Shown here piece after piece: positions 11,932 to 24,529 of a stretch of 64,000 nt of DNA. The translations under genes were made by a program, and so were the position numbers. The first letter of the stretch is position 1. The number at the start of each line of letters is the position of its first letter. The notes under the pieces are model-generated. The model was given only the letters and a program-made list of their open reading frames with translations. It was not told the origin of the DNA and ran no database searches. This DNA is from Takakia lepidozioides (Eukaryota > Plantae > Bryophyta): contig CM060731.1 of the NCBI GenBank assembly GCA_030704615.1, positions 11,904,001 to 11,968,000 on the forward strand, written 5' to 3'.

Positions 11932-13170
11932 TTAGACAGTAACAGTTAGGTGGGTAGAGAAGTCTATAGGTATATGGGTGTGGGAAACGTTATGGACTAA
12001 CAGGATTAGGGTTAGAGTGGGTTCTTGGTGCCGTAGGTATTTAGGGAAAGGTGGGTTGCGTATGTATCGAGGTTGTTTGGGTTCAATGGCCACCAAAGGA
12101 GTAACGTCAGGAGGGAGTTGTAGAAGGGGGTGTTGATGGTCAGGCATTGTTTGTTGAGTTAGGTTGAGGATGGTTGAGGTGGAAGAAAAGGAGTGTGTAG
12201 CTTGGCGGGCCCATTGAAGGGCCTCGTGTGCAAGTGGCCTTGTGGGCGGGTGAACGAGGCCTCCTCCCGTCCATGTGTGTTGGGTAGCGGTTCCTAAAGC
12301 ACCGAATATACGGTCACGTGGATGTGGGCTGCTGTATATGGAGAGCTCCATGGGGCAGGTTAGTGGGCTGGAGTAATATGAGTGAGTCAACTGAAATGAG
12401 GCGATGAGGAGTTTGAGGATGTCTGAGGGGAGGGTAATATGGGAGTAGGCTTGCGTCAGTTTGTTGAGGTTACGGGGCTTCTTAGTGGGGGTATCGCCTA
12501 GGTATCGGTTAAGAAGCCAGCTAACCTCTGTGGCAAAGTCTTGTTTTGGAGCTGTAGCTGGCTATTCTGTGTGTCAGAGGTGGAATATTTATACCAAAGC
12601 CAGGCAAGCCGGACATTAGGAATGGATCCGACAAAACTATCGTTGATTGTGTAAATGTTGGATTGTGAGGTGCTGGGGCATATTAATGGGTGGCCGGGCA
12701 TAATATCTTTGTCTGGGAGTTGCTAGTGGTTGGCTGATGTAATGGGTGTCAGTGGGTTGGGTTTGCGAGACATGACGTTGGTGGGTATGCCTTAGATAAG
12801 TGGTGTTTGTGGTTTTGTGGAATCTGATGAGGAGAGTGCGGTTATGAACCGGGTCGCAATCGTCATGTGATCCCAAGAGGTTGTCTTTAATTTGCCACGT
12901 GTTATCTTCTGCTAGGAATCCCTCCCATTTACACAAATAGTATGTATCAACACATATCGCTCCAAAGGCGTGAAGTGATGTTTGGGTTTTGATGCCGAGG
13001 ATAGCTTCAATGACGAAGGCCTTGGGGTGGTCTGGGTTTGGTAAGTGGGGGTACGGTGGTGGAGTGGGCGACAATTGGGATATAGGGGGTGATTGTTGAT
13101 GTGTGTTAGGTGATGTCGGTGACATACATGGAGGTGCGGTGAGGGGGGTGAGGGGGGTGGAGCTAGCAGA
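11932..13170 (-). mobile_element. Degenerate retroelement-like ORF fragment with a chromodomain and a PCIF1-like methyltransferase-like domain (possibly a Dualen/RandI-type LINE)
   Basis: FVIEAILG..YYLCKWEGFLAEDNTWQ (chromodomain), then LPSDILKLLIASFQLTHSYYSSPLTC..YSSPHPRDRIFGALG..GGGLVHPP. Intronless, frameshifted, strongly C/A-skewed coding strand. Confidence 0.55.
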
Positions 13171-13179
13171 GACCCAAAT

Positions 13180-14855
13180 CAGCCCCCCAAGGTGGAATAT
13201 GAGAGGCAGCCGCGTGGTTAGAAAGCTTGGACAAAATAGCCACTGTCTTGGACCAATTGATCCTTAGGAAGCTAAGCAGAAAGTCTTCAGTGCCAACAGA
13301 GTGGCTGAGACATTAGCTTGCATAAAGTTGTCTATAAATAAGACAGTGTCATTAGCGTACAAGGACGTCTTGACCGAACAGAGAGGGGAGGGATCTAGGA
13401 ATTTTTAGCCTTTGCAAAGTGTGATTAGAAGCTAGCAAATGACCAAGGGCGTCGGTAGCGAGCAAGAACAAGAAGGGAGATAGCGGGCACCCCTATCTCA
13501 TTGACCGGTGTAGTTGAAAAGAGTTGGACATGACCGCATTCACTTGGACTTTACTTGAAGTTGAAAAAAACAGAATTTTGATCCAAACTAAGAAATTTCC
13601 AGCGAATCTTAGTTTCTCAAGGACCCCTAGCAGAAGAGCCCAGTCAACATTGTCGAAGGCTTTCTCGAAGTCAAGCATTAACAATGCGAGAGGCTGATCA
13701 GATAGATGGGCTAGGTGGAGAGTCTTTATGGATAAAATAACACTATCCAGGATCATTCTATTCTGCATAAACCCTGTCGCGGCCCTTCGCCTTGAGGGCA
13801 GGGGGTCGGGACACAAAATGGGCTGCCCCTATGGTGGGGGCAGTGGCAACAATAGATACGGGGCTGAAGCACCCTTGAGTGCCCAAGGCACTCAAAGAAG
13901 CGGAGGCGCTCACTAGGTGGAACCCCGCACACCGGGTTGCGGTGGGGGTGGGGGTGGTTCCACGAGGGGTGGTGGTAGCTTAGTGGGACTTAGTGGGGGT
14001 GGCATAGGATTCACCATGGGGCGGAGACCTTGTGGTGGGAGTCGTGGGGAGTTTTGGGACTTATCAGAGTCCATTGGGGCCGTGGTGGGTGGGCCAAGAC
14101 TCACCGCGACTCACCACCGGGAATGGAGGGTCTTCGTGGTGGTTCGCCATAAAATGACGGTGTTGTTTGTGAAACCCCCGCGGATAGTCACAGAAGTATA
14201 TATAGGGAGTAGTAACCCCGAGAACGGTGCAAACCCGTTGGTGACCAAAAACTAGTGAGTAACTAAACTAAACTAGTGGAAAACGACCAAGGTGTGGGGA
14301 GCTGTTTCCGGACTGCCATCAACCAAAGAGAATTTCCACTAGGCCCGAATTGAGAGAGGGTCTTGTGGAGGAGCAAAGGGGGACCGTTATGTCCCGGTGA
14401 GTAGCCGAAGCTCCGAGTTGGCCCGGCGGCCAGTTTGGGAGTTAGGCGCACGCATCAAAGCGAGTAACTATGACTTAAAGGGGAGCTTACCGAAGTGAGG
14501 TGTGCGACAAACCTGGTGTGCTCCGGCCATACTAGCCTAGGCAGAAAGGGCTGAAGCCTCATGGCCAAGGCCTTAGCTAATATCTTGTAAGTAGAATTAA
14601 GCAAGGTGATGGGCCTGTAGTTGGTAATCCTATCACGATCCCCTTAAAAATCAAAGCGCTCACCCCTTGAGAAAGCTGGGAAGGCATAATGCCCTTGGCC
14701 AGCACATCGTTAGCCATGAGAAGGAAATCTTCTGAGACCGCCGCCCAGAGGGATTTGGACTCCACCAAGAGTCCATCCAATCCTAGGGATTTGAGAGAAG
14801 CCAAATTTTTTAGGGCTAGCATGAGTTCCATCATCGAGAAGGGCTCATTGAGCAG
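13180..14855 (-). mobile_element. Degenerate L1-clade RT fragment split by a solo LTR
   Basis: PITLLNSTYKILAKALA, LDFEKAFDNVDW, GCPLSPFLF and LYAND motifs with stops and frameshifts. Confidence 0.85.
13775..14509. mobile_element. Solo LTR (735 bp)
   Basis: TGTCGC...GCGACA termini. 5-bp TSD AACCC/AACCT. Removal rejoins the L1 RT (..PEHT-R/G-FMQ). Confidence 0.85.
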
Positions 14856-15232
14856 ATTTTATTTGTACACTTTATTATTTGTTGCGAGTTTTTTTTAATC
14901 TCATGTACATTTCACACATTGACACGGACACTAACTTACACTCATGAGCAACGAAGATAATAAATACTTTACATTATATGAACTCTTTAGAGTACACAAA
15001 CTTCATCAATCTTGCATTGAGCTTCAATTATTAAATAAGCTTTTCCTCAAGTTGCACACTACATGAAGCAATTTTTGTGTGCCATGTCCAACCATCCATA
15101 GAAGTGATCTCCTCACTTGGGTATGTTGAGCTTGTATCCCAACGAGACCCACAATCGCAGAGAGGAAGAATGAACTTTGAAGGACGTGTTGAGGGGACAG
15201 CCCTCATTTGCGTATCTGTCACCAACCCAATT

Positions 15233-18200
15233 TCAACACGTGACTCCAACAGTTTGTGAATACGCAACGCAACGGGCACCAACAAGCAGGGCAGAGCCAA
15301 CGAGTGTGCATGTTGTGAGCACCGCTACATAGGCCAGTAGCCATAGCATTCGTCGGTTTTGTGTCACCAACCCTACGAAGTCCATAGCAGGGAGGTCTTT
15401 AGCAAGTGGCTCCCATCTCCTTCTACCTTGGTCAGCTGCTTCTAGGGGCGAAGAACGACTCCTTGTAGCACTTGGTTTCAGGTATCCACACACTGATTTC
15501 ACTTCTTCAAATGCCCCGTTGTTAAGCTTTTTACTTAACTCCATCACGCTCATGGCGACCTCCATGTAGTTGTTAAAGGTAGATGATATAGGTGTCCCTA
15601 CCGGCACTTTAGATACCTGCACCATGTTTGCAATGTGATTATAACCAGTGCCGATATGATCCAAGAATGTGGCAAAACTAACTTGAATCCAGTAGAACAA
15701 ACAAGTCAGAGTACCAAAATAGTAGTTGGAGATAACTCAAGTAGAGCGTACAGTTATGTTGTAATTATCTCAGCTAACTTTGGGCATAGACCTTGAGTAA
15801 ATAAGGAGAGCTCGGATGGTGGAACAACAGCTTGTTGTGTTCCTATGGTTGGGTGGAGAACTTTCAGTAAATCATTTCATTTTTCACCCTTAATTTTCAT
15901 CTCTCAACATGATATTTGGAGCAAGGTTTGTGTAAGAGATACAGGGAGAGAAATGTTTGATTCATAACCTATATGCTTCACAACCTATAGGACATGTTTG
16001 ATCCTCCATCTATAGGCCAACCTATAGACTTGAGTGTTTGGTGTTGCAGATGAAAGTTTGAGGGTTTTTGTACTTGGCAATACATCAAACGATCATCTCG
16101 ACATCTTTTGCTGATCATAGCAAATTGGTGAAGGTAGACGGTTAGGATTTTTGTACTTTGCAAAAATCAATCAATCATCATGACATCTTTTTCTGATCGT
16201 ATCCGATCATTAAAGCTAGATGGTCATAGTATTCATACATGGAAATTTAAGACGAAGTGCATTCTCCATGAGAAGGATCTATAGGAAAAGCGGTTACATT
16301 AGTTGATCATGTGCAACCTGAGGATGGAAAAATGACGGTTGCAGAGAGCACTCCTGAGCAAGACTCCCTACGAGAAAAAGACTCTTAAGAGTTTATGTGA
16401 AAAGAGTGAAAAGAGTGAAAAGAGTCTCTACAAATAGTAGGGATGTACGGTTCATTGATTCGAGAGCTTCTCAACATATGACGCTCTAGAAAGAAACATT
16501 CATAACGTTCAAGGAACTATCTTTGGGACACAAAATGTATCTTAGATACAACAGTACTAGCACTCTTGATATCCATGGAAAAGGTACAATTGTGTTTCAA
16601 TTACCATTCGGAGTGTCAAAAAAGATTGGAGATGTTCGCTATGTTCTAGGACTTTCTAGGACTGAAACAAAACCTTATTGTTAGTCAGCTAACTGAGTAA
16701 GGTTTTATGATCGAGTATTTTTACCAATCATTGTTGGCTGAAGTTCGACAACGAAGTGATAACTGAGGCAATTCGAGACTCGTGATTGTACAAGTTGGAT
16801 GGGCTGTCTAGGCTTTGCATGCAGATTATATTCTCCTCTCAAGCACATTGACCTCCAACATCAGAGACTTGAAAATGTCTCAATGCAACATTTGACATTC
16901 GTGCTAGCTAACAATTTGATTGAAGGGCGATCGGGTCTTGAGTTTTTGTGACAAATGTGTGTAAGATAAACACTATTGCAACTCATTGCCAAAATATGAA
17001 GGTTCTCGAACAAATAAGGATCTTGAGCTGGTGCATATAGATCTACGTGGTCCTATGTCATGGAGGAGCAAAATGTTTTATGACCTCCATTGATGATTTT
17101 TTAAAGAAAAAACATTTATTTACATGATGCAAAACAAATTTGAGGTTCTCGATAGGTTCAAAGCATTTAGAGCTTTGGTAGAGAATTAAAGATAAAGACA
17201 ATTCCGTTTGAAGGTGGTGGAAATACATCTTGAAGAATTTTAATCAATTCTATAAGGAGAATGGTATTGTGAGAGGGCTTCTGTAACTCTTTATATGTTG
17301 ATGATCTGATTTTGGTCTCTAATGGCTTGGCTCTATTGAAACACACAAAGAATGATATCTCAAAGTTTGAGATAGTGGATCTTAAGATAGTGGATCAAAG
17401 GAGATCCTCGTGATCATAAATTGATCCAACTTTGTTAAAAAAGTACAGAGTGAAATATCAAAGGAGTTTGAGATGATGGATTTGAAAGAGATCCAATACT
17501 GCTTGGAGGTATCAGTATCTCATGTTCTACAAAACCGGACGATTTATCGGAACCAACGTAAGTATCTTGAAGGATACCTTTAGACGCTATGGTAGGACTA
17601 AAATGTCAATAAATACCCCGTCTGTCCCAAGTTGCAAATTCTCAAAGGAAATGACTCCTAGAAGTGTTGTAGACTTAGAGACAATGAAAGATATTCCGTG
17701 TTGTGAAAAATCTCATGTAAGCAATGGTCTTACAAAAGCTAGATATTGCACAAACAATAGGGGTTGTGAACCACCGTAAGTATCTAAAGGATATTTTGAG
17801 ACACTACGGTTGGGCTGAAAGTAAGCCAATAGAAACTCCGATCGTCCCAAATTGCAAACTCTCAAGGGAGCTAAGTTTTATGAGTGCTCTAAACTTGAAG
17901 ACAATGACGGATATTCCTTGTTAGAATGGTGTGGCCAATGGTCTGTATAAGGCCGCACAAGCAGGCAGTGGGGGCCGTGAGCCAATTTGTGGCTAACCGT
18001 GGGCAACTCCACTGGGCTGCAGTAAGACATATTTCATTATCTGAGAGGCACAATAGACTATGGTCTGTGCTTAAGAAAAAAACAATGATAATGTTCAGTT
18101 GCACTAAGTGGGTTAAAATGGTATTTCAGATAGTGCTCACAACAGCACAAAGTTCTATGGCTATTGTGATGCAGATTGGGAATGATGTAACCACCATTGT

Positions 18201-21200
18201 ACATCTGGCTATGTTTTTATGCTAGCAAATGGTGATGTTAGCTAGAGAAACAAGAAGCAATTTACAACTGTTATGTCCTCGACTAAGGCAGAATATATGG
18301 CTACATCTCAAGCCATGATGTAGGCAACGTCGTTATCATCCTTTGTTTCAAATATTGGTCATCTACAAAGGGATACCATGGTCATATATGATGGACAACG
18401 AAGATGTATTGGTCTCTTTAAGAATCCGACTTTCCATGCGTACACAAAGTATACTGAGATTATCATCTAATACGAGAGAAGACTAAGGCAAGAGTTGTCA
18501 AATTGATGTATTGCAATACCAACAACATGGTTGCACATATATTGACAAAGGACTTGGTGCTGAAAAGCATGAACGCTTTTGAGGCTTGATGGGAGTAGTT
18601 AAATGTTTTACTTAGTAAGTCATTGCATGGGGATGTCAAAAATTTACTCTTTATCAAGCTACTTCGACTCAGAGTTAATCTGACAAGTTACAGTGCAATA
18701 ATAGTAGTGCTAAGAAGAGAGGAGAGAGAGAGAGAAGACTCCGGCCGAAGCCGGCGTAACTAAGAGCACTTCACCTTGCGGCTACTGCCCCCTTTCGGGG
18801 GTGGGCCCTATAAGTACCGACAGGTGTCCTGTAGGACACTAGGTAGCCGAAGGTAGAGAGGTACCAATGGTAACCCGGTAGTGCTAAGAAGCCATAGTTA
18901 GATAAGCCTCAATTAGCTTCAGATAGTTTTAGTTAGCAGTGATTGAAGTTAGAGTACCAAAATGGCAGTTGGACATAACTCAAGTTTAGTGACTGAAGTT
19001 AGAGTACCAGAATAGCAGTTGGACATAACTCAAGTTGAGCATGTAGTTATGTTTATACTTATCTCACAGCTAATTTCGGGCATAGACCTTGAGTATAAAT
19101 AAAGAGACCTCGTAGGGTGGAACACAACTTGTGTTTCTATGGTTGGGGGGAGAGCTGTCAGTGAATCATTTCATCTTTCATCCCTATTCTCTGTCAAATT
19201 CCAACATTTGTGAACTATTTTGTCAACTTTATGGTATGAGGCGATTTTACCTGTCCAAGAATCTGCATCAATGCTGACTGCAAGGCAAGAAGCTCTGAAG
19301 GATCCGTGAAATGTAGTGCAATGGATGCCTGGCCATCAGCCCCCTCTACCAGTCCAACTTCTGTGGAGGTTGCAGCTTCCAAACCGTGCAATGTTTTCTC
19401 CGGTGTAATTTCTTGGTAAAGAGCATCGTCTGCATTATCGTCAATTATTGATGTACTGATGGCTGTCAATGGTTCCAGCCTTCCCGTCTGCAATAGAGAT
19501 ACAAAAGGGGCTTGATCAGTGTTAGACCAGTGACTTGGAAAAGGGCAATGCTGACGCCTAGAGTCCCTAAAGATAGGTTTCATCATGATATCCCTAGTTA
19601 TGGAGAAGACAGCTGTGCACATGACTATGGATAGATATCTGTGATTGTCATTTCCTCTCTCTTCCCCTCTCACTTTTTGCAGGCATACATAACTACAAAT
19701 GGTGATTTTGAACCCGAATGGCCATCGACGAAAGTGTGACCCAATTACTTGGGTGCTGTCGACAATTGTCCTATTGTCATGTTCAATACAGACGTTCAGC
19801 ATCAGCGTATATGGAGCTGTGGCCACTAAAAAGCCATCTTACCTTTTGTGGTTTGTGCATGAGAGAGCTCTCAAGTACATTTGTCAAAAATTCTGTCGAG
19901 GCCCTTGCCCACCTGCATCCAAAGTCATTTGCTGCAGTGTTATGTTTCCATTATGTTTCCATTTATCAACTATGTCATTTGACAAGCAATCAATGGCTGA
20001 TTCTGTGTACCAGATACTGTGGGCTGTTATGCCTTCGAAATACCCCAGGTGGCCTCCATGTCCTGTGACAGCCAGAACTACATTTGGGTTTGTTCTGCAC
20101 AACCGAACAGCTGAACATTCTTTAGTACTTACATATTTGCAGTAACTCCTGCGCAGGTCCTGTTTGGTGGGAGGAAGCACAACAATGATGCAGACCAGAA
20201 GAACCACAGCTGATCCTGCCTCCTGACACAAGGCCTCCATCTTGTATGGAACCTTTTAGAAACACTGACAACAATTTTCCATAGCCAGAAGAGACACAGT
20301 ATCTCTCTTAACTACCTTCTGTAGACGCACCCCTGTACCAGGTGAATAGAGCACACAGCATAACTTCCAAGACATGACGACAAGGTATAAGCACCTTGAC
20401 CACTTGTCCGTGAAGTGGACAGTGACATGAGAACTAAGCTGTCTCAAAAACTCTACCCTAGTTCCAACTTTCCGTTAGCCACTGCTGAGAGAAAGTAATG
20501 GAGCTCACTTGCACTCATCCCAGGGAATAGCCTCTTTTGTACAAATTGGGTCATCCAAGGCACTGAAACAGAGAAGGGGGACAGTAACATCTGCTAAGTA
20601 GTTGATGCTGCTGCATAGCCGATAATAAGTGTCCAATGTCTGCAGTCCAGTTCAAACACAAGTCAAAACAAATTTCCAGAACCAGATTGCAATTTATAAT
20701 TTCCAGTGCAAGTGTTAATCACTTAGACCAATCCAAGCTTTTGGAACATGAGATGGTTCTCACTTAATATCCCCCTGTGAACATGCACATCCCTTCCCCT
20801 GAAAAGCCCCTGCCCAGCAATTGGCAACCGGATGGGAAAGTCAGCACAAACCTTGTAATTGCCAGCTAGCCGTGTACAATGATTATCGAAATCGTGTAAT
20901 GTCCTACTCTGTCAAACAAATGACAAGTAAGCAGTTAGATTCAATACCCCATACACAAAAGTTCAAGCTTGGTTGGATAGTGACAGCAATTTCAGTTACT
21001 AACCTTTATCAAAAGATCCCAATCCGCAATCCGAGAAAGAGCACTTTGGTGTCTGCACAGGCCACAAGAGATTTAAAAATAACATTTTGGCCAACCTTTT
21101 TGACAGACATTCAAACCTTGCTTGCAAATCTATGGTACGTGATACAATTTGTAAGAGGTTGCATGCCCCAAAGATGGTGACACAGAGGTCAGACCTTTAC

Positions 21201-24200
21201 ATCCTTGGCAGAAATGAGCCAACGCAGGTGGGCTTGCTTACTTACATTCGTGCATACTGGCGAAGACTGAACGCCAAAGCTTTGCTGTAGAGTGACTGCA
21301 CTCCATGCCTTGACCAGAATCTGTTGCACAGCTGTCATGTGTATTACATGGCAGCAAACTTGTTGCATCAGAAAGACAGTTTGATAGATGTTCCTTTTAC
21401 AACTAACCCAATTTGAAAGACACACTACCAGATGGCAGTGACAAAGAGAATCTTGTATGACATAGCAATCTGTCCAGAACCATAAAAATAACACATAATG
21501 TGATTCTTGCACACACCACAAGATCCCAAGGACAGCAAACAGCCACTGCAGCACCGATGGGTGTGGCTGCCCCTTCTTCTCCCAGGTACTTCACCTGCCC
21601 ATGCCACCACAGGGATTTCCATTCATTAACAATGTGGTAAAATGAAAATACTTCTACTATTTTCATTGCCAGGTAAGCTTGGCAAGCATGCACGCGTTTA
21701 GTACCACCATTGACCCCAAAGCAACATTACATTCGTAAAGTCCAGGTTGCTATGACATGCCCTTCAGGGTATAGTCCCCACATACTGACCCTCCTCGAGC
21801 CAATTGTAGAGTTTCAGCCACAGGGGTATGCAAGACTTTGAACAAATTCCTTAATGCTTGCACACAGCAGGCAATCCAGTTACACTGAATTCCTTGTTCA
21901 ACTATTGGTTAGCATTATCATCATCCTAGAAATCGCAAGTTTGATTACAGCACTGCTTCCCAAGCCCTATAGCTTATGACAATAAATGATGCAAGATAAT
22001 GTGGCTGCACTATGAGCAGAGGCAAGAAGACAAAGAGAATAGGGTTTACTGCGGGTAGGAGGAGGGGCATACCAGTATGTTGGCACCGATGCTGGTGCCT
22101 ATTGCCATGAGAGGTGCCTGGGGATACTTATGGTGTACATACTTAACTAATCTCCGAACGTCCTCTGTCCATCCAGCATTGTAAAACTGGTCTGACTGTA
22201 TAACACCATGGAGGCAAACGAGATCAGCTACATACATCAGTCCTAAAGGAGATACAACTTACCAGACCACTAAATCTGAGCACCGTAAGAGTTTCCTTGT
22301 CATTGTGTTAACAGGATACAATTCTTCCCCTTACTCTTACCTTCTTTCTTTCTATCTTCTTCGTCTTTTTCTTCTTTTGATTTGATTGTCAAGACATGCT
22401 TTAGAAATTCAAAGACTACAGAAGAAACTTACAGTTATGGAGACACCTCCAAGTCCACGATGATTAGCCACTAGTGTCCTCCATCCCTCCTGCGATGTAC
22501 GGTGTGCAATGTGCCTCACATACTGTCCCAGCCGAGTTCACCAATGTCATTTGCTGTTCTTCTTTCTAGTTCACACTACTTTACTTTCGTTTTGTTTTTA
22601 AATTTTAGTTTGGTGTAAATCATGCTCTCTATAGGAATGGTTCTACAACCAAACCCTAAAGAAAGCACAGTCAAATAAATACATATTGGACTTGACTTGA
22701 GCAAAGGAGCTATGCAAAACCTCAATTTTGTCCTCACAGAAACTTGTACAGTATATGTCCATGCCGCAGAGCTAAGTACTAATAGATTATCTGTTAAGGG
22801 AGAAACCTACTGCATCTTGGGAGTCACTGGTAAGACCCGGAATGATGATGACCACTGGAGTTTCATCCACTGCTGGGTTATCGGGTTTGCTGTCATTACT
22901 ATCTTCTTCACGAACTGCACCCAGAACTTTCAGGATTAGAATGTACTCATGAGATGTTGTTTGCTGTAGCCTTGTGGCCATAGACCCCTTTCAGGATTAG
23001 AGTTGTTTATTATGCATACACGACACCTCCCATTTTCATCTGCATGCATGACTTCTGATATCAATATGAGTAAGAGTTGAGGAGATGGAGGTTGTCAGCA
23101 AGCCTTACCAGGACGTGTTTTAACCCAGTCAAGAGCTATTGTTCCTCCATCTGGTGTGAGAAAGAGCTGCCTGTGAGGTCCAACCGCACCACAGCTATGA
23201 AGAGAAATAGACTGATGAAAAGAGAAATTATAATCACCTGTCCATCAGCTTTTGTTCTCTCTATGTGAAGTTGTTCAAGAGTTCTGGTGAAAATATTGAA
23301 TAGAATACAACTATGATGTGAATACTCCTTAATGTGCACAATAGGACACAAAGGTGCAGGTCAACAACTTACCGAAGGTACTCAACAGGGGGTGGCCGGC
23401 CATTCAAATGTAGAAAGAGGGTCTGCAGGTGTGGGCTGCCCAGCCACGGTGTAGGAAAATACCTGTTCAAGCCAACATTAACAAATGGAGAGAGCGGGCG
23501 AGAGACACGGTTCCCACTATAGATGTCTGTCCCCAGGTGGCATCCTGGAAGCGTTGCAAAAAAGCTCAGATTGACAATCTGATAATGTCAGCAACAAAAT
23601 ACTACTACCTTAACAAAAATTTGCTCTGATCTTGCAAGGATATGAACCAGAACTTATGCAATAGACAAGGAAACGACGTATCATCCTAACATACCTGTTC
23701 TCTAAACATGTCCATGATATCCAAGGGTTTTATTGTTTACTCCCCAAATATTCTTGAAGTCACAGTCATAAAGCCCATTTCTATCGTCACTAATAATTTG
23801 AGACATCTCACACTTCATTCCAGAATGCGCTTAGAAAATTTACTAGCCCTGAAACCACTTGAGGGACAACAAGCAGAAACTATGGCCAAGCTCTGATCCT
23901 TCTAATTCCGGTGCAGTCTTTTTCATCCCCATACAACAGGCAGGATTAACTAATGTTTCTCTCAACCAACGCAGAATGTGATAGTTTGTCGAATGTAATA
24001 ACACTGTATTTAAGTTTCTAGACAAGCAGTTCAACTCTAGCACATCGTTTTTCTTCCAATCCGCGAGCCATCTCAAACTTCAGCTCGGACTTTGCCTTAC
24101 AATTGCATGTGTACTGCAACTCTGCTTCAAGGAAAAACGACGGATTTAAGTAACAGGAGTACAGAGACGGCGTTGCCGAGCGTTCTTCTCTTCAGCAGCA

Positions 24201-24529
24201 TCGCCACTTCCTATGCTCGCATCACTAACACTGAAGAGAATTCCATACCTGTGCAAGGCCTCACACTTTGGTAGAATTTGCGCAGCTAACTTGGATAACG
24301 GGCTGTGAAAGATACGGACGGCGTCGCCTCTAAACCCACTCAAGAGGTCTCCCACAGAATGGAAATCCAGGACATGGTAGAGCCACGTTGTGGTGGCGAC
24401 CACAATCACTGCAGTGTACTCCCATGCGGGGACGGACGCTGCCGTCGCCGCCAGCTTCATCAAACCCAGCTTTGTCCATCCCCCGTCCGTCTCCTCCGCC
24501 TGATACATCCTTCGGATTTGGAAACCCAA
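15233..24529 (-). CDS. Alpha/beta hydrolase, EMB8 / ABHD1-3 (YheT) family, about 15 exons; last exon 15616-15233 lies beyond a 3.6-kb intron
   Basis: YFPTPWLGSPHLQT, LTPDGGTIALDW, IPGLTSDS, NHRGLGG, nucleophile GTSIG, ALDDPIC and HGGHLGYFEG in GT-AG-bounded exons. Phase-0 donor CAG|GTAAAA at 19251/19250 joins acceptor CAG|GTA at 15617/15616 and gives the plant EMB8-type hydrophobic C-terminus RRMLWLLAYVAVLTTCTLVGSALL. Confidence 0.88.
15700..19206 (+). mobile_element. Decayed Ty1/Copia LTR retrotransposon within the last intron of the hydrolase gene (5' LTR truncated)
   Basis: LTR copies about 15700-15910 and about 18633-19206 align. Degenerate PBS tgatatttggagc. Protease FIDSRASQHM, integrase LELVHIDL, RT LYVDDL and RNase H MSSTKAEYMA in Copia order. 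Internal duplication of about 215 nt in RT. Confidence 0.9.
18718..18877 (-). mobile_element. 160-nt structured, (TC)n-tailed retroposed element (SINE-like or LINE 3' end) inserted in the Copia 3' LTR
   Basis: Perfect 14-bp TSD GTAGTGCTAAGAAG (18704-18717 / 18878-18891). Minus strand ends in TCTTCTCTCTCTCTCTCCTCT. Several strong hairpins. Confidence 0.8.
22941..22987 (-). mobile_element. 47-nt 3' end of LINE family A at the exon-4 acceptor of the hydrolase gene
   Basis: Perfect 14-bp TSD CTTTCAGGATTAGA (22927-22940 / 22988-23001). Confidence 0.9.

Noticed and set aside
14960-15700. Minus-strand ORF as a transposase or 2OG-Fe(II)/TET-like remnant
   Set aside because: 15616-15233 is better explained as the final exon of the EMB8-type hydrolase. 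The remainder has multiple stops and is probably 3'UTR.
19215-19250. True end of the hydrolase CDS at 19215
   Set aside because: A consensus phase-0 donor at 19250 and a family-typical terminal exon at 15616 indicate the gene continues.
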